Made by a program: the position numbers and the translations under genes | Source: Bdellovibrionota bacterium | Lineage (GTDB): Bacteria > Bdellovibrionota > UBA1018 > CAIPTA01 > JAALKR01 | DNA length: 64,000 nt | NCBI GenBank assembly: GCA_965207455.1 | Contig: CBDBMJ010000003.1 | Coordinates: forward strand, 182,489-246,488 | Direction: 5' to 3' | The notes under the pieces: generated by a model | Told to the model about the DNA's origin: nothing | Database searches by the model: none | Seen by the model: only the letters and a program-made list of their open reading frames with translations | Part shown: positions 54,798-64,000 of the stretch, one piece after another | Layout: the number at the start of each line of letters is the position of its first letter | Numbering within the stretch: position 1 is the first letter of the stretch

Positions 54798-55538
54798 TTA
54801 CTTGGGAAGCTTCTTTCTCTCTAACAGGCTCGCAACCAGAATGGATCCTTCATATAGAAGGTACAGGGGAACCATCATCAGGACCATGGAAAGCACATCG
54901 GGTGGAGCGCATAGTGCGGACATAACGGCAATAGCAATAACTGCGGTCCGTCGGTTTTTTCGGAGAGTTTTTACATCCAGTACACCCACACAAACTAAAA
55001 ATACCAGAACTACGGGAAACTCAAAGGACAAGCCAAAGAGAAGTAGCAGTCGAAAAACGAGAGAAAAATATTCCTTCACGGTAATAAGAGGTATGTTTTG
55101 AGGTTGGCCAAATTCTATGAAAAAAGGAAAGCCGCTGGGGAAAATAAAGTAATACGCAAAACTAGCACCAAGAAAGAAAAAGCAGGTGCCAAGAACAACA
55201 AAAGGAATGGCCATACGCTTTTCCTGCTTGTGCATAGCGGGGGAAATAAAGGCCCATACTTGGTAAAAAATAACGGGCATGGCTAGGAGAAATCCCCCGA
55301 TCATGGAAACACGAAGGCCATTGAGAAAGCTTTCAAATAGCCCGGTAAAGTATAATTGCTGCTTGTCTGGAGGAAGCACCGCAAAGAGGGGTTGGGTAAA
55401 AAACGCCGTCAGCGGTTTATGGAATAAATAACACAGGGAGGAGGTGGCGATAAATGCCCACAGGCACCATAGCAGGCGTTTTCGTAGCTCTTCAAAGTGA
55501 TCGACAAACGGTTTTTCTGAGTCTTCTGGCTTGGTCAT
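54798..55538 (-). CDS. tatC: twin-arginine translocase subunit TatC
   Basis: 246 aa. It begins with FVDHFEELRKRLLW and has 6 TM helices, the canonical TatC pattern. Confidence 0.9.
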   Translation of the reverse strand: MTKPEDSEKPFVDHFEELRKRLLWCLWAFIATSSLCYLFHKPLTAFFTQPLFAVLPPDKQQLYFTGLFESFLNGLRVSMIGGFLLAMPVIFYQVWAFISPAMHKQEKRMAIPFVVLGTCFFFLGASFAYYFIFPSGFPFFIEFGQPQNIPLITVKEYFSLVFRLLLLFGLSFEFPVVLVFLVCVGVLDVKTLRKNRRTAVIAIAVMSALCAPPDVLSMVLMMVPLYLLYEGSILVASLLERKKLPK

Positions 55539-55595
55539 GGTTTTTTTTGTTTATTGCCTTTCTTCAATCAGTGATATATATACTTTTTATACGTT

Positions 55596-56216
55596 ATGCA
55601 AATAAAACTGGAAAATACGGGTATCGCATCGCTAGCACCAATCCTGGCGCTGCTTTTTTGGGGCACTAGTTGTACGGAAACCCCTCAGCCAAACAATCCA
55701 AACACATCAGGGGAACCTGTAAAAAACATAGGCGGAAAAGTGGAAACAACAAAATATGATCTCAGTGTGGACAAAAAAACAGGCCTGTCCAAAGCCATTG
55801 CTACTATGATTCTTGGCGACGGCTCAAAAATAGAGTGGCAATTCTTCACGGAAAAGGCGCCCAATACGGTTCGTCGAATCACACACCTTATCAGTACTGG
55901 TTTCTACAACAATACCGTGTTTCACCGTGTAATTGACGGCTTTGTAGTACAGGGAGGCGACCCCACTGGTACCGGCACTGGCGGATCGGGAGAGAATATA
56001 AATGCAGAATTTAACGATATTAAACATGTGCTTGGGATCGTGTCCATGGCGCGTGCACAAGATGCGAACTCCGCAGACAGTCAATTTTTTATGATGACAG
56101 GAACCCATACCCACTTAGATAAGAGCTATACTGGCTTTGGAAAAGTGGTCACCGGTGAAGGGCTTTTGAAAAAAATAAAAAAAGGCGATAAAATTAAAAC
56201 CTTCACAATTAAATAA
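55596..56216 (+). CDS. cyclophilin-type peptidyl-prolyl cis-trans isomerase, lipoprotein
   Basis: Lipobox LLFWGTSC. FHRVIDGFVVQGGDPTGTGTGG is the cyclophilin signature. Confidence 0.85.
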   Translation: MQIKLENTGIASLAPILALLFWGTSCTETPQPNNPNTSGEPVKNIGGKVETTKYDLSVDKKTGLSKAIATMILGDGSKIEWQFFTEKAPNTVRRITHLISTGFYNNTVFHRVIDGFVVQGGDPTGTGTGGSGENINAEFNDIKHVLGIVSMARAQDANSADSQFFMMTGTHTHLDKSYTGFGKVVTGEGLLKKIKKGDKIKTFTIK

Positions 56217-56221
56217 AACCT

Positions 56222-56437
56222 CTAGGCTGCCCTAGCTTTTTGTCGCATAAAATGTTCCATCTTTTTTTCATAGTCCGGAACCATTTCTCCTCTTTTATTG
56301 ATCAGACCAAACTTGAACTGGTCGAAGTGCTCCAAGCAAAAATTATGTTTTATGGGTTTAGCATGACAACTTTTATGTTGGCACTGTAGTGGTGCCAGAA
56401 CCCGAGCATTTTCTTTCTTTCCTTTTTTATCTCCCAT
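56222..56437 (-). CDS. small Cys/His-rich basic protein (possible zinc ribbon), unknown function
   Basis: 71 aa. CQHKSCHAKPIKHNFCLEHF has spaced Cys/His residues. The call is weak. Confidence 0.3.
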   Translation of the reverse strand: MGDKKGKKENARVLAPLQCQHKSCHAKPIKHNFCLEHFDQFKFGLINKRGEMVPDYEKKMEHFMRQKARAA

Positions 56438-56513
56438 TATTACCTCCTATTTTTTTAAAACAAGCTAACGTATTACTTGTTCCATCGGAGATTTGATCGC
56501 CCATCTTTAGCGC

Positions 56514-57737
56514 TTATTGGAAGTATTTTAAGATGAATTTACGGGCAATATAGGAGGGCTTCACACGCCAGTATTTTCCACTTGTAATGAGGGAGGCGAA
56601 CGCAATTTTTCGACTGGGATCTTCGGTGGACTGGGCAAAGCCCATGAACCAATCGTGTTTTCCTTTGGGATCTTCCCCCGTAAGCGAGCCCGTTTTACCA
56701 CCGATAAATAATTTAGAGAGTATGGGATGGCGCTGATAGTCCCTATAGTGACGACGAGCTGTTCCCTTCGTGATCGTCTTCTCCATCATTTGCGCTAACG
56801 TGTATGCCGTATCAGGAGAAATCGCTTGTGGCAACAAGGCATTCTCTCTTGCATACACGGTATAACCACTGTGGTGGGTGAGCCTTTTTATAAAATAAGG
56901 GTTGGGAGTGACACCACCATTGATAATAGTGCCCGCGAGTAGGGCTGCCTGAAGTGGGCTAATGGTTTGTCGCTTAGTGTATCCCGAACCGCTTTCTGCA
57001 ATCCCGAAAGAATCTCCAGGAATGATGGCACGAGATATATCCACGGGCACGTCAAAGGATAGGGTTTGGTTAAAGCCGAGGGCATTTGCATACTGCTGGA
57101 GTTTTCTTTGGCCTATCTTGTGAATGGCCACTTTCCCAAAAACACTGTTGATGGATCTGGCTAGAGCGTCGTCCAGACGAACAAAACGAGTCCAGCGGTT
57201 ACGTCCATACCCTAGGTTTTGCTTGTATAGTGAGGTGGCTGAACCATTGAAGGGAATGCGGGAGCTGGGACTAAGTTTTGCCCCTTCTATGGCAGCGGCC
57301 GAGGTAACCACTTTAAATATGCTAGCTGCAGGGAAGGATCCTCGAAGGGCAAGGTGTCCTTCATGACCTCCTCGACTATAATCCACCATGCTTAGGATGG
57401 CACCATTGCTGGGATCGATGGCCACAAATGCAGCATACTTGGGTTTATAGCGTTTATATAAGCGTTCGATGACTTCATTGAGTTCAGGTTTAATTGTGGA
57501 GTCCATCCGGTACTCCTCTTCTTGAAGGTGAATTACCTGTTTTTGTAAGGGTTTATGTAGATCTAGCGGCTGGTCGCTCAATAGAGTATAGAGTTCCAGT
57601 CGAGTAAGGTTAGGCGGGGTGGTAGTCCAAAAAAAAAACAAGGAAAAAATGCTCAAAAGAGTTGCCACACTAAAAAGCAGGACAGCCCATTGCTTTACAT
57701 GGTTTTTCATACTATTTTCTTGCTTGGATAAAGACAC
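56514..57737 (-). CDS. membrane-anchored penicillin-binding-protein-type transpeptidase (serine DD-peptidase fold)
   Basis: 407 aa with an N-terminal TM. The SxxK (ASIFK), SxN (SINS) and KTG (GGKTGS) motifs are present. Confidence 0.65.
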   Translation of the reverse strand: MSLSKQENSMKNHVKQWAVLLFSVATLLSIFSLFFFWTTTPPNLTRLELYTLLSDQPLDLHKPLQKQVIHLQEEEYRMDSTIKPELNEVIERLYKRYKPKYAAFVAIDPSNGAILSMVDYSRGGHEGHLALRGSFPAASIFKVVTSAAAIEGAKLSPSSRIPFNGSATSLYKQNLGYGRNRWTRFVRLDDALARSINSVFGKVAIHKIGQRKLQQYANALGFNQTLSFDVPVDISRAIIPGDSFGIAESGSGYTKRQTISPLQAALLAGTIINGGVTPNPYFIKRLTHHSGYTVYARENALLPQAISPDTAYTLAQMMEKTITKGTARRHYRDYQRHPILSKLFIGGKTGSLTGEDPKGKHDWFMGFAQSTEDPSRKIAFASLITSGKYWRVKPSYIARKFILKYFQ

Positions 57738-57893
57738 TCTATTCCATTCTAGTCAATTCGTTGCTGTATGAAAAGGCTAAAAATACCTATTAAAATTATA
57801 TTGCGCTTCACTAGGCTTGATTTTTCCCAATACCTGATATCTAATATTCTTAAGGATCCTTTTTTTTGTTTCATTGAATGGAGTACTCAAATT

Positions 57894-58730
57894 ATGTATA
57901 TATCAAAAATCACCTTTATTTTTTTAACCGCAATTCTAACCATGCAGGCTCATGGGGCGAAAACAAAAGGCGGGGTTCTTGCCAGTGTGGGAAACAAGCA
58001 AATCACCATTGAGGATATAAAAAGCCGACACAAGGATCTCCTACCTGCGCAAAAAGACTACCTCAACAAAAATGAAAAGGCCAAAGCCAACCTTTTAAAG
58101 AATTCCATTAAAGAGGAGATTTTAGTCCAAAAGGCTTTAGAGAAAAAAATAGACCAGGATCCAGCTTTTTTAGCTCGAATGGCCCAAATTCGACGTGCCA
58201 TATTGACTCAGACCTTAATTCAAAAAGAAATTGAACCCAAGCTTGCGGACAAAAATATTAGAAGATTTTATAACAAAAATAAAAGGCTCTACCGAACGGA
58301 CAAGGTTCGAGCAATCCACATTTTACTCCCCACCAAAGAGGCTGCCAACGAAGTATACAAGCTAGCGAGAAAGACAAAAACCGACGATGCGTTTAAAGAG
58401 CTAGCTCGGAAACATTCCAAAGATCCCTCTGTGGCTAGAAATCTGGGCGACTTAAATTTCTTTGAATACGGTCAAATGGTTCCTGAGTTCTCCAAAGTGG
58501 CTTTCGCTTTGAAGAAGGGACAGATTAGTCAGCCCGTAAAAACTTCCTTCGGTTACCATATCATTAAAATGATCGACACGAAAAAGGGGAAACGATCCAA
58601 ATTTAAAACCGTAAAGAACAAAGTGAAATCGGATCTGAACCGTAGCCTTATTAAAAAACTTATCGACAAGTTTAAAAAGGAAGTTGCAGTAAAGATAAAC
58701 ACCGACCAGCTTAAAAATCTAAAATTCTAG
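57894..58730 (+). CDS. PpiC/parvulin-type peptidyl-prolyl isomerase (SurA/PrsA-like), secreted
   Basis: It starts at MYISKITFIFLTAILTMQAHG, with GGAG 10 nt upstream. The parvulin domain motifs GDLNFFEYGQMVPEF and FGYHIIK are present. The track start at 57768 lacks a signal peptide context. Confidence 0.7.
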   Translation: MYISKITFIFLTAILTMQAHGAKTKGGVLASVGNKQITIEDIKSRHKDLLPAQKDYLNKNEKAKANLLKNSIKEEILVQKALEKKIDQDPAFLARMAQIRRAILTQTLIQKEIEPKLADKNIRRFYNKNKRLYRTDKVRAIHILLPTKEAANEVYKLARKTKTDDAFKELARKHSKDPSVARNLGDLNFFEYGQMVPEFSKVAFALKKGQISQPVKTSFGYHIIKMIDTKKGKRSKFKTVKNKVKSDLNRSLIKKLIDKFKKEVAVKINTDQLKNLKF

Positions 58731-58735
58731 CATTC

Positions 58736-59326
58736 CTATAACTCCCACGACGCATTTTTTCTCTTCAATCCCAAGAGATATATTTCTTTACTGTGGGTTC
58801 TCGTGCTCTGAGGTCGAATTCTCTCCACACGAGAAAAATTTCTTTCCATTGTTTGGATCATGCTTTCCATGGCATCACTTTCAAAAATTTTTATTAAAAA
58901 ATTCCCATCCAGCTTCAATGCTTTTTCTGCTATATAAAGAGCTCGCTCACAGAGTTCTAGGGAAAGGGCTTGGTCTCGAAGGCGAATACCACTCGTCTTG
59001 GGAGCCATATCACTGAGTATGCAGTCGAAGGGTGCCTGAGGCAGAGTATGGAACTCCATTTCTAGCACATCTCCCTGGAGAAATGTGGCTTGCTTGTGTT
59101 TCCACGTTATGGCCTGCAAATCAACACCCAACAAATGTCCACTGGGGCCAAGTTTCTCCAACACCACTTGGCTCCACGCGCCTGGCGCTGCCCCCAGTTC
59201 CAGCACGCTCCCTTGGCGGGGAATGAGTGCATATTTTTTTTCTATTTCCTTTAGCTTATAAACAGAGCGGGCGAGATAACCCTCTTGCTTTGCTCGTTTG
59301 GAATAACTATCATTTTTTTTATACAT
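58736..59326 (-). CDS. rlmE: 23S rRNA (uridine2552-2'-O)-methyltransferase RlmE/FtsJ
   Basis: 196 aa with LELGAAPGAWSQV (SAM motif I) and DLILSDMAP. Confidence 0.85.
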   Translation of the reverse strand: MYKKNDSYSKRAKQEGYLARSVYKLKEIEKKYALIPRQGSVLELGAAPGAWSQVVLEKLGPSGHLLGVDLQAITWKHKQATFLQGDVLEMEFHTLPQAPFDCILSDMAPKTSGIRLRDQALSLELCERALYIAEKALKLDGNFLIKIFESDAMESMIQTMERNFSRVERIRPQSTRTHSKEIYLLGLKRKNASWEL

Positions 59327-61745
59327 TTTCCAGTTCCACTATGGTGCAACCATCGCCTCCTTCTTCATTGGAGCCAGGGTGGAACTGCACTCCATAGGCA
59401 CTATTTTTTAAAAAAAGTCGCGTGGCTTTCTTTAAAGCACCACTGCCATGACCATGAATAATGCGAACGGAAATCCTCGTACTCCGTACCGCTCGATCTA
59501 AAAATTCCTCTAGCCTAGTGGTGGCGTCTTCCACTCTTAGGCCAATGAGGTTTAGCTCCTCGGGGCAATCTGAAATAGAAAGCGAAGTGCGAGTGCCCGG
59601 AGAATGTTTTTTTTTGTTCTTAGTGCTGTCTTCCTCCAACAGAATAAGCTCATCCCAGGGTGCGCGTACTTTCATATTTCCCACCTGTACTTCGGCCTGT
59701 TTATTTTTAGGGTCGTTGAGAAGTTTTCCTTTCATCCGAAGGTTTTGGATTTTCACCACGGCGCCGACCCTCATAAATACATTTTTACTTTCCGTCTCTT
59801 TAGGGGTGCTTTGAAATTCCTGAGGCACCTCTATTGCTTTTGCTTGCAATAAACGACGACTTCCCTTCACCACCTCTTCATACATATGCGGAAGCTTTTC
59901 AAGCTTTCCCTTATACTCCTGAACAATCGTACTGGCCTCTGCAAATGCCTGAGCTTTTATTTTTTTTATTTCTGCTTCAAAACGAATTCCCAGATTCTCT
60001 CTTTCCGACTGTACTTTTTTCTGCATCTCAGTGGTTCTTTTTAATTCCCGTTCCATCTCGATTTTTTTTTCATCTAGCTCTTTACGTGCGCTCTCTATCT
60101 CACTTTCCTTGGATTCTATTTTTGTAATCAAGTGATCAACCTTGCCATGGGAGTCCTGGAACCTACGGGTAGCGTCCTGTATAATTTTACTGGGAATCCC
60201 CAGCCTTTGGGCTGTTTCTATTGCCCAACTACTGCTGGGTATTCCTAGGCGTATCCTATACTTAGGTTCCATTTTTTTTACGTCGAACTCCATGGACGCG
60301 TGGAGAAGGTTTTCTGCCTCCATTTCCTTAAGTTCGCTAAAATGCGTGGTAACGAAAACAGTAACTCCCCTTTGGGTAAGCTCAGATAAGATGGCACCAC
60401 TTAGGGCTGTGGCTTCTGCGGGGTCGGTGGAATTCAGTATCTCATCGATAAGAACCAAAGTAGAGGAATCCGCTATCTCTAAAATATTTTTAATAATAGC
60501 CACGCTGGAAGAAAAACTCGATAGGTGTTCCTCAATGTTTTGCTCGTCGCCTATCTGAACTAATACTTTTTTAAAATACGGAATGGTGGAATTTTCTCCA
60601 CAGGGAAGAAGAAAACCACAACGACTCATCATTGCTAAAAGCCCCATTGCCTTGAGTAGCACCGTTTTTCCTCCCGTATTGGGACCAGATATAATAACAC
60701 AATGGGTGTCTGGAGGAATAAGAACAGAATTTGTTACCAATTCTTCCGCAGGCAAAAGTTTTCTCAGTAGGGGATGGTACAGATCCAACAATTCCATTGT
60801 AGAAGAGAAGGTAACGGGAGTGGCATGTTTATAGGACTGGAAATCTTGGGCAAAACGGGCACGACCCAACGTTAAATCTATACGTATAGTGCTATTATAA
60901 TTCTCCCATAACACCTCCGAGTGGGGTACGAGTTTCCCGGTAAGCTCATGGAGAATTTTATATACTTCTTCTTCGATGTCGATTTGTATTTGTCGAATTT
61001 TGTCGTTCCAGTCCCTTAGGGCAAAGGGCTCCACGTATGCTGTGGCCCGACTGGTGCTGGACTCAAAAGATAATCCAGGGACTTGTTTTCTATACGCCCT
61101 TTTAATGGGGATCACATACCTGCCGTCTCGTATGTCGAAGTACTGATCTTGGGCTATTCCTGCTCGAATGGCTCGTCGTAGAATTTTCTCCACAGCCTCC
61201 CGAGCTCGCTCATGGGCTTTTTGCTCCTCCCGTCGGAGTTTTCCTAGCCTTGAGCTAGCTGAATCTTTCACACCACCATCGGGTTCAATGCAATGACTGA
61301 TCTTTTTTTGCAGATCTGGGAAGCTCGTAATGGAGGACGCGAGTGCGTGACATTCGGGAAATTTATCCTTTGTTTTTTGAAAAACCTGGCGCACCTGGTG
61401 GCTAATTTCCATCAATTTCGCAAAGGCATGGAGCTCTTGACCCGTAAGGCACGCAGCTTTAGCCAATCGCTGAAAGGGGGTGGCCATTTCCTGCAAGCTG
61501 GAAATAGGAGGAAATTGCTCCATCTCTATTATACCTAAGCCTTCCTGGGAAAGCTGGAGTAGCTTTTCAGATTCTGCCTGCTCATCGGGAATCTCTAAGT
61601 GCAGGGCCTGCAATTTAGCTGGGAGACTTGCGCAAAATCCGCTATACTGCTCTAAGAAGCGAAACCATTCTAAGGACTGCAGGGAAGATTTAATTATGTC
61701 CACCGAGACAGTATAACAAATAGAACTATGTCTCTCAATTGGCAA
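59319..61745 (-). CDS. mutS2: endonuclease MutS2
   Basis: 808 aa with a MutS domain, Walker A (GPNTGGKT), a coiled-coil and a C-terminal Smr domain (LNLIGLRVEDA...IIHGHGSGAL). Confidence 0.9.
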   Translation of the reverse strand: MPIERHSSICYTVSVDIIKSSLQSLEWFRFLEQYSGFCASLPAKLQALHLEIPDEQAESEKLLQLSQEGLGIIEMEQFPPISSLQEMATPFQRLAKAACLTGQELHAFAKLMEISHQVRQVFQKTKDKFPECHALASSITSFPDLQKKISHCIEPDGGVKDSASSRLGKLRREEQKAHERAREAVEKILRRAIRAGIAQDQYFDIRDGRYVIPIKRAYRKQVPGLSFESSTSRATAYVEPFALRDWNDKIRQIQIDIEEEVYKILHELTGKLVPHSEVLWENYNSTIRIDLTLGRARFAQDFQSYKHATPVTFSSTMELLDLYHPLLRKLLPAEELVTNSVLIPPDTHCVIISGPNTGGKTVLLKAMGLLAMMSRCGFLLPCGENSTIPYFKKVLVQIGDEQNIEEHLSSFSSSVAIIKNILEIADSSTLVLIDEILNSTDPAEATALSGAILSELTQRGVTVFVTTHFSELKEMEAENLLHASMEFDVKKMEPKYRIRLGIPSSSWAIETAQRLGIPSKIIQDATRRFQDSHGKVDHLITKIESKESEIESARKELDEKKIEMERELKRTTEMQKKVQSERENLGIRFEAEIKKIKAQAFAEASTIVQEYKGKLEKLPHMYEEVVKGSRRLLQAKAIEVPQEFQSTPKETESKNVFMRVGAVVKIQNLRMKGKLLNDPKNKQAEVQVGNMKVRAPWDELILLEEDSTKNKKKHSPGTRTSLSISDCPEELNLIGLRVEDATTRLEEFLDRAVRSTRISVRIIHGHGSGALKKATRLFLKNSAYGVQFHPGSNEEGGDGCTIVELENV

Positions 61746-63170
61746 GAACTGGAAAAGGTAATTTCTGAGGTAAATCCCTTAGTGCTAGGTTCCAGCGTAC
61801 AAAAAATCGCCCAAACGGCTAGTTTTGCCCTTGGGGAGTCCGTTGTTTTTCATACTTACTCTAGTGGCGCAGGCACTCAGCGCCTGATTTTTAGCTGCAA
61901 TAACCTCTGTACTGGGCTGTTTCTGGCTCCATCCCGATCCGTCAAGATAGATTCCCCCCCCTCTCCCAGTACATTTATCATGGTTTTGCGCAAGCACCTT
62001 ATGGGAACGCGCCTAAAAACCATTCATCAGAACCCGGGCGACAGGATGGTTTCTTTCTTTTTTGAAAATGGGAGGGTACTCATTGGGGAATTTATTCCCA
62101 GAAGATCGAATCTCCTATTGTTGGCCTCTCAGGATCAGAATACGGGGAAATACCTTGCGAGTTTCAGGAGCGTGCGACTAAATACGGGAGGACTCTATCC
62201 CCTGCCCAAGGCCATGGGCACAAGTCCTAAAGAAGTACGAAGTTTTAACGAATTTCCAGGCGCTACTTACCCGGAAAAGACCTTTCATTATTTCCATTCC
62301 TACTTCCTTACTGCCACTTTTTCTAAAAAAAAGTCAGCTTATTTACAAAAAATTCGATCCCAGAAAAAGAAACTCCAAACGGCAATAAAGAATCTCAACA
62401 AAGATGAAGAAAAAATAAAAGGACTGGACTCTATGCAGGAATCAGCCCATGCCTTGCAAGAGAAATTATATGAGTTTGGTGCCAAGAACTTTCCCAAAGA
62501 GTTAACTGTCAATATATCTCTCCTGTCCAGTGAAAAGAAAATCACTGTGAGCTTAGATAAAAAATTAACATTTGCAGAAAATCTCAATACTCTTTTCCAA
62601 AGAATAAAAAAAATAAAAAGAGCCAGTGGGGAAATTCATAGTCGGATGATGGGTTTGGAGGAAAAAAAATCTTATTTAGAGGATTTAGAATCAAAGGTTG
62701 AAGGATCTAATAACGAAGAAGAAATGCAATTATTCCACAAAGATCTGGAAAAACTCCAGGATCCCAAGAGACTACAAACAAGTAAAAAATCTAAAGATTA
62801 TTTGGAAATTGTTTCCAGCGACGGGTTTGTTATTTTTTGCGGAAGAAATGAAAAAGAAAATCGATTGGTTACTTTTAAGGTGGCTAAGGGAAATGACCTA
62901 TGGTTACACTTAAGAGGTGCCCCAGGTGCCCATGTGTTGATTAAATCTCAAAAAAAGAAGACAGTGCCCTTATCCACATTATTGGAAGCAGCTCAGTTGG
63001 TATTGTATTATAGTAAAGCACGAAAGGGAAAGCATGACGTGGACTATACCTTCCGCAAAAACGTGCGAGCTATTAAATATACGGTTGCTAAGGTTACCTA
63101 TACGGAAAATAAGGTTTTGTACATTGAATCCGACGTGGAAAAGCTAAGAAAGCTTCTTCAGAGTCAATAG
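61728..63170 (+). CDS. rqcH: NFACT-family protein (FbpA/RqcH-like, ribosome quality control), with DUF814
   Basis: 480 aa with an NFACT-N, a coiled-coil and DLWLHLRGAPGAHVLIKS (DUF814/NFACT-R). Confidence 0.8.
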   Translation: MSLNWQELEKVISEVNPLVLGSSVQKIAQTASFALGESVVFHTYSSGAGTQRLIFSCNNLCTGLFLAPSRSVKIDSPPSPSTFIMVLRKHLMGTRLKTIHQNPGDRMVSFFFENGRVLIGEFIPRRSNLLLLASQDQNTGKYLASFRSVRLNTGGLYPLPKAMGTSPKEVRSFNEFPGATYPEKTFHYFHSYFLTATFSKKKSAYLQKIRSQKKKLQTAIKNLNKDEEKIKGLDSMQESAHALQEKLYEFGAKNFPKELTVNISLLSSEKKITVSLDKKLTFAENLNTLFQRIKKIKRASGEIHSRMMGLEEKKSYLEDLESKVEGSNNEEEMQLFHKDLEKLQDPKRLQTSKKSKDYLEIVSSDGFVIFCGRNEKENRLVTFKVAKGNDLWLHLRGAPGAHVLIKSQKKKTVPLSTLLEAAQLVLYYSKARKGKHDVDYTFRKNVRAIKYTVAKVTYTENKVLYIESDVEKLRKLLQSQ

Positions 63171-64000
63171 TTTCTTTGCTGCCAGAAAAGGGTCTTGCTC
63201 ACCCCTTGCCACCTGCTCAATTAAGTCCAGCCCACTTTTCGTTTGAAAGAAACGGGTGGAAGCTCTGGTAACCATGTCTGAGGCTATATTCATCAGTATG
63301 GTACGCGCAAATCGATGATTTTTTTCTTTTATTTCACCCGACTTTTTTAAAAACCTGTAGTGCTCTTCTATGGATTGGTATAGTTCAGAAATGCCCTGGT
63401 TCTTTTCTGCCACAGTTTTTGTGATGGGCACACTCCACGAACCTTTCGCTCCATGGGATAACTCTAAACTCATGGTTAGGCTTTTTATAATGTGATCGGA
63501 GCCAACACGATCGCATTTGTTTACATTTAAAATATCTGCTATTTCCAAAATGCCGGCTTTCATCATTTGCACTTCATCTCCACTCTCAGGAACGAGCACA
63601 ACAACGTTGGTGTGAGTAACACCTAAAATCCCTAGTTCCGTTTGGCCCACTCCCGCTGTTTCTAAAATGACTAAATCAAAACCAGCTGCATCCAACAACA
63701 TCACAGCCTTTTGGGATGTTCGGGATAAACCGCCCTGCCCACCCCGGGTTCCAATGCTACGTATGAAAACATTTTCATCCCCAGCGTGTGCTTGCATACG
63801 GATACGATCTCCTAAAATTGCTCCTCCACTAAAAGGGGAACTTGGGTCTACACAAAGCACGGCTACTTTTTTCTTTTTCTCTCGCGCCAAGTATATCAAC
63901 TTATCTATTAGAGTGGATTTTCCTGCTCCAGGAGGACCTGTTATACCAACTAAGTGAGCTTTTCCCGTATGGGGATAGATTGTAGCTATAATATCGTCGA
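63144..64000 (-). CDS. meaB: MeaB/ArgK-family GTPase (methylmalonyl-CoA mutase-associated / LAO-AO transport ATPase), N-terminus beyond window
   Basis: In-frame translation continues to the window edge as ...GITGPPGAGKSTLIDKL (Walker A). VLCVDPSSPFSGGAILGDRIR and ILETAGVGQ are typical MeaB motifs. Confidence 0.75.
   Translation of the reverse strand, partial: DDIIATIYPHTGKAHLVGITGPPGAGKSTLIDKLIYLAREKKKKVAVLCVDPSSPFSGGAILGDRIRMQAHAGDENVFIRSIGTRGGQGGLSRTSQKAVMLLDAAGFDLVILETAGVGQTELGILGVTHTNVVVLVPESGDEVQMMKAGILEIADILNVNKCDRVGSDHIIKSLTMSLELSHGAKGSWSVPITKTVAEKNQGISELYQSIEEHYRFLKKSGEIKEKNHRFARTILMNIASDMVTRASTRFFQTKSGLDLIEQVARGEQDPFLAAKKLLTLKKLS

Noticed and set aside
1-64000. tRNA, rRNA and CRISPR scan
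   Set aside because: No GTTCGAnTC T-loop motifs were found in intergenic regions and no rRNA-like segments. The only regular short repeats are coding microsatellites or tandem repeats, not repeat-spacer arrays.

Overview
This 64 kb window reads as bacterial chromosome with a mixture of conserved housekeeping blocks and accessory, secretion-rich segments. The gene content suggests a Bdellovibrio-like predatory bacterium: an MglA GTPase with no adjacent MglB, two HU/IHF genes, many secreted proteases and peptidoglycan-acting enzymes, and overall GC that looks moderate to low. That taxonomic call is inference only.

Housekeeping blocks, in order: mtnA-mtnP-mgtC; a divergent HU/IHF pair; rlmD; an MFS-acyltransferase (LplT/Aas-like) fusion; ffs(SRP RNA)-dnaX-ybaB-recR-mglA; a minus-strand accA-yicC-gmk-rel operon; pmbA/tldD; a PQQ-type sugar dehydrogenase; a gldA/F/G-like ABC operon with a DUF4340-like gene; rdgB; a deoxyribose catabolic cluster (long eukaryote-type deoC, aldehyde dehydrogenase, a truncated ALDH paralog, a PfkB kinase); tatC; two PPIases; a PBP-type transpeptidase; rlmE-mutS2; an NFACT/RqcH-like gene; and a partial meaB.

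Accessory and unusual content:
- A roughly 1.8 kb tandem duplication of a secreted S8 subtilisin gene. The second copy carries a remnant of the mglA 3' end at the duplication junction.
- A DUF285/BspA-like pseudogene.
- A secreted protein with a caspase-like (clan CD) His/Cys arrangement.
- A roughly 9.6 kb minus-strand island (45.2-54.8 kb) packed with secreted cell-wall enzymes. It holds a paralog pair sharing an unknown N-terminal domain, one with a SleB-like hydrolase C-terminus and one with a YkuD-like L,D-transpeptidase C-terminus, plus two tandem GH23 lytic-transglycosylase-like paralogs.
- In that island, the L,D-transpeptidase-type paralog is split by an intact IS630-family element (30-bp perfect TIRs, TA duplication; the pre-insertion ORF can be reconstructed exactly) and also carries a 1-nt frameshift in the catalytic SxGCIR motif.
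- In-frame 15-bp microsatellite-like repeat arrays inside deoC.
- A K/E-rich tandem-repeat N-terminal extension on a DksA/TraR zinc-finger protein.
- A fusion of an S24-like domain with a putative PF14907-like nucleotidyltransferase.
- 32-bp direct repeats flanking a small secreted-protein gene next to a truncated RCC1-repeat lipoprotein gene.

No CRISPR array, rRNA or tRNA was recognised.
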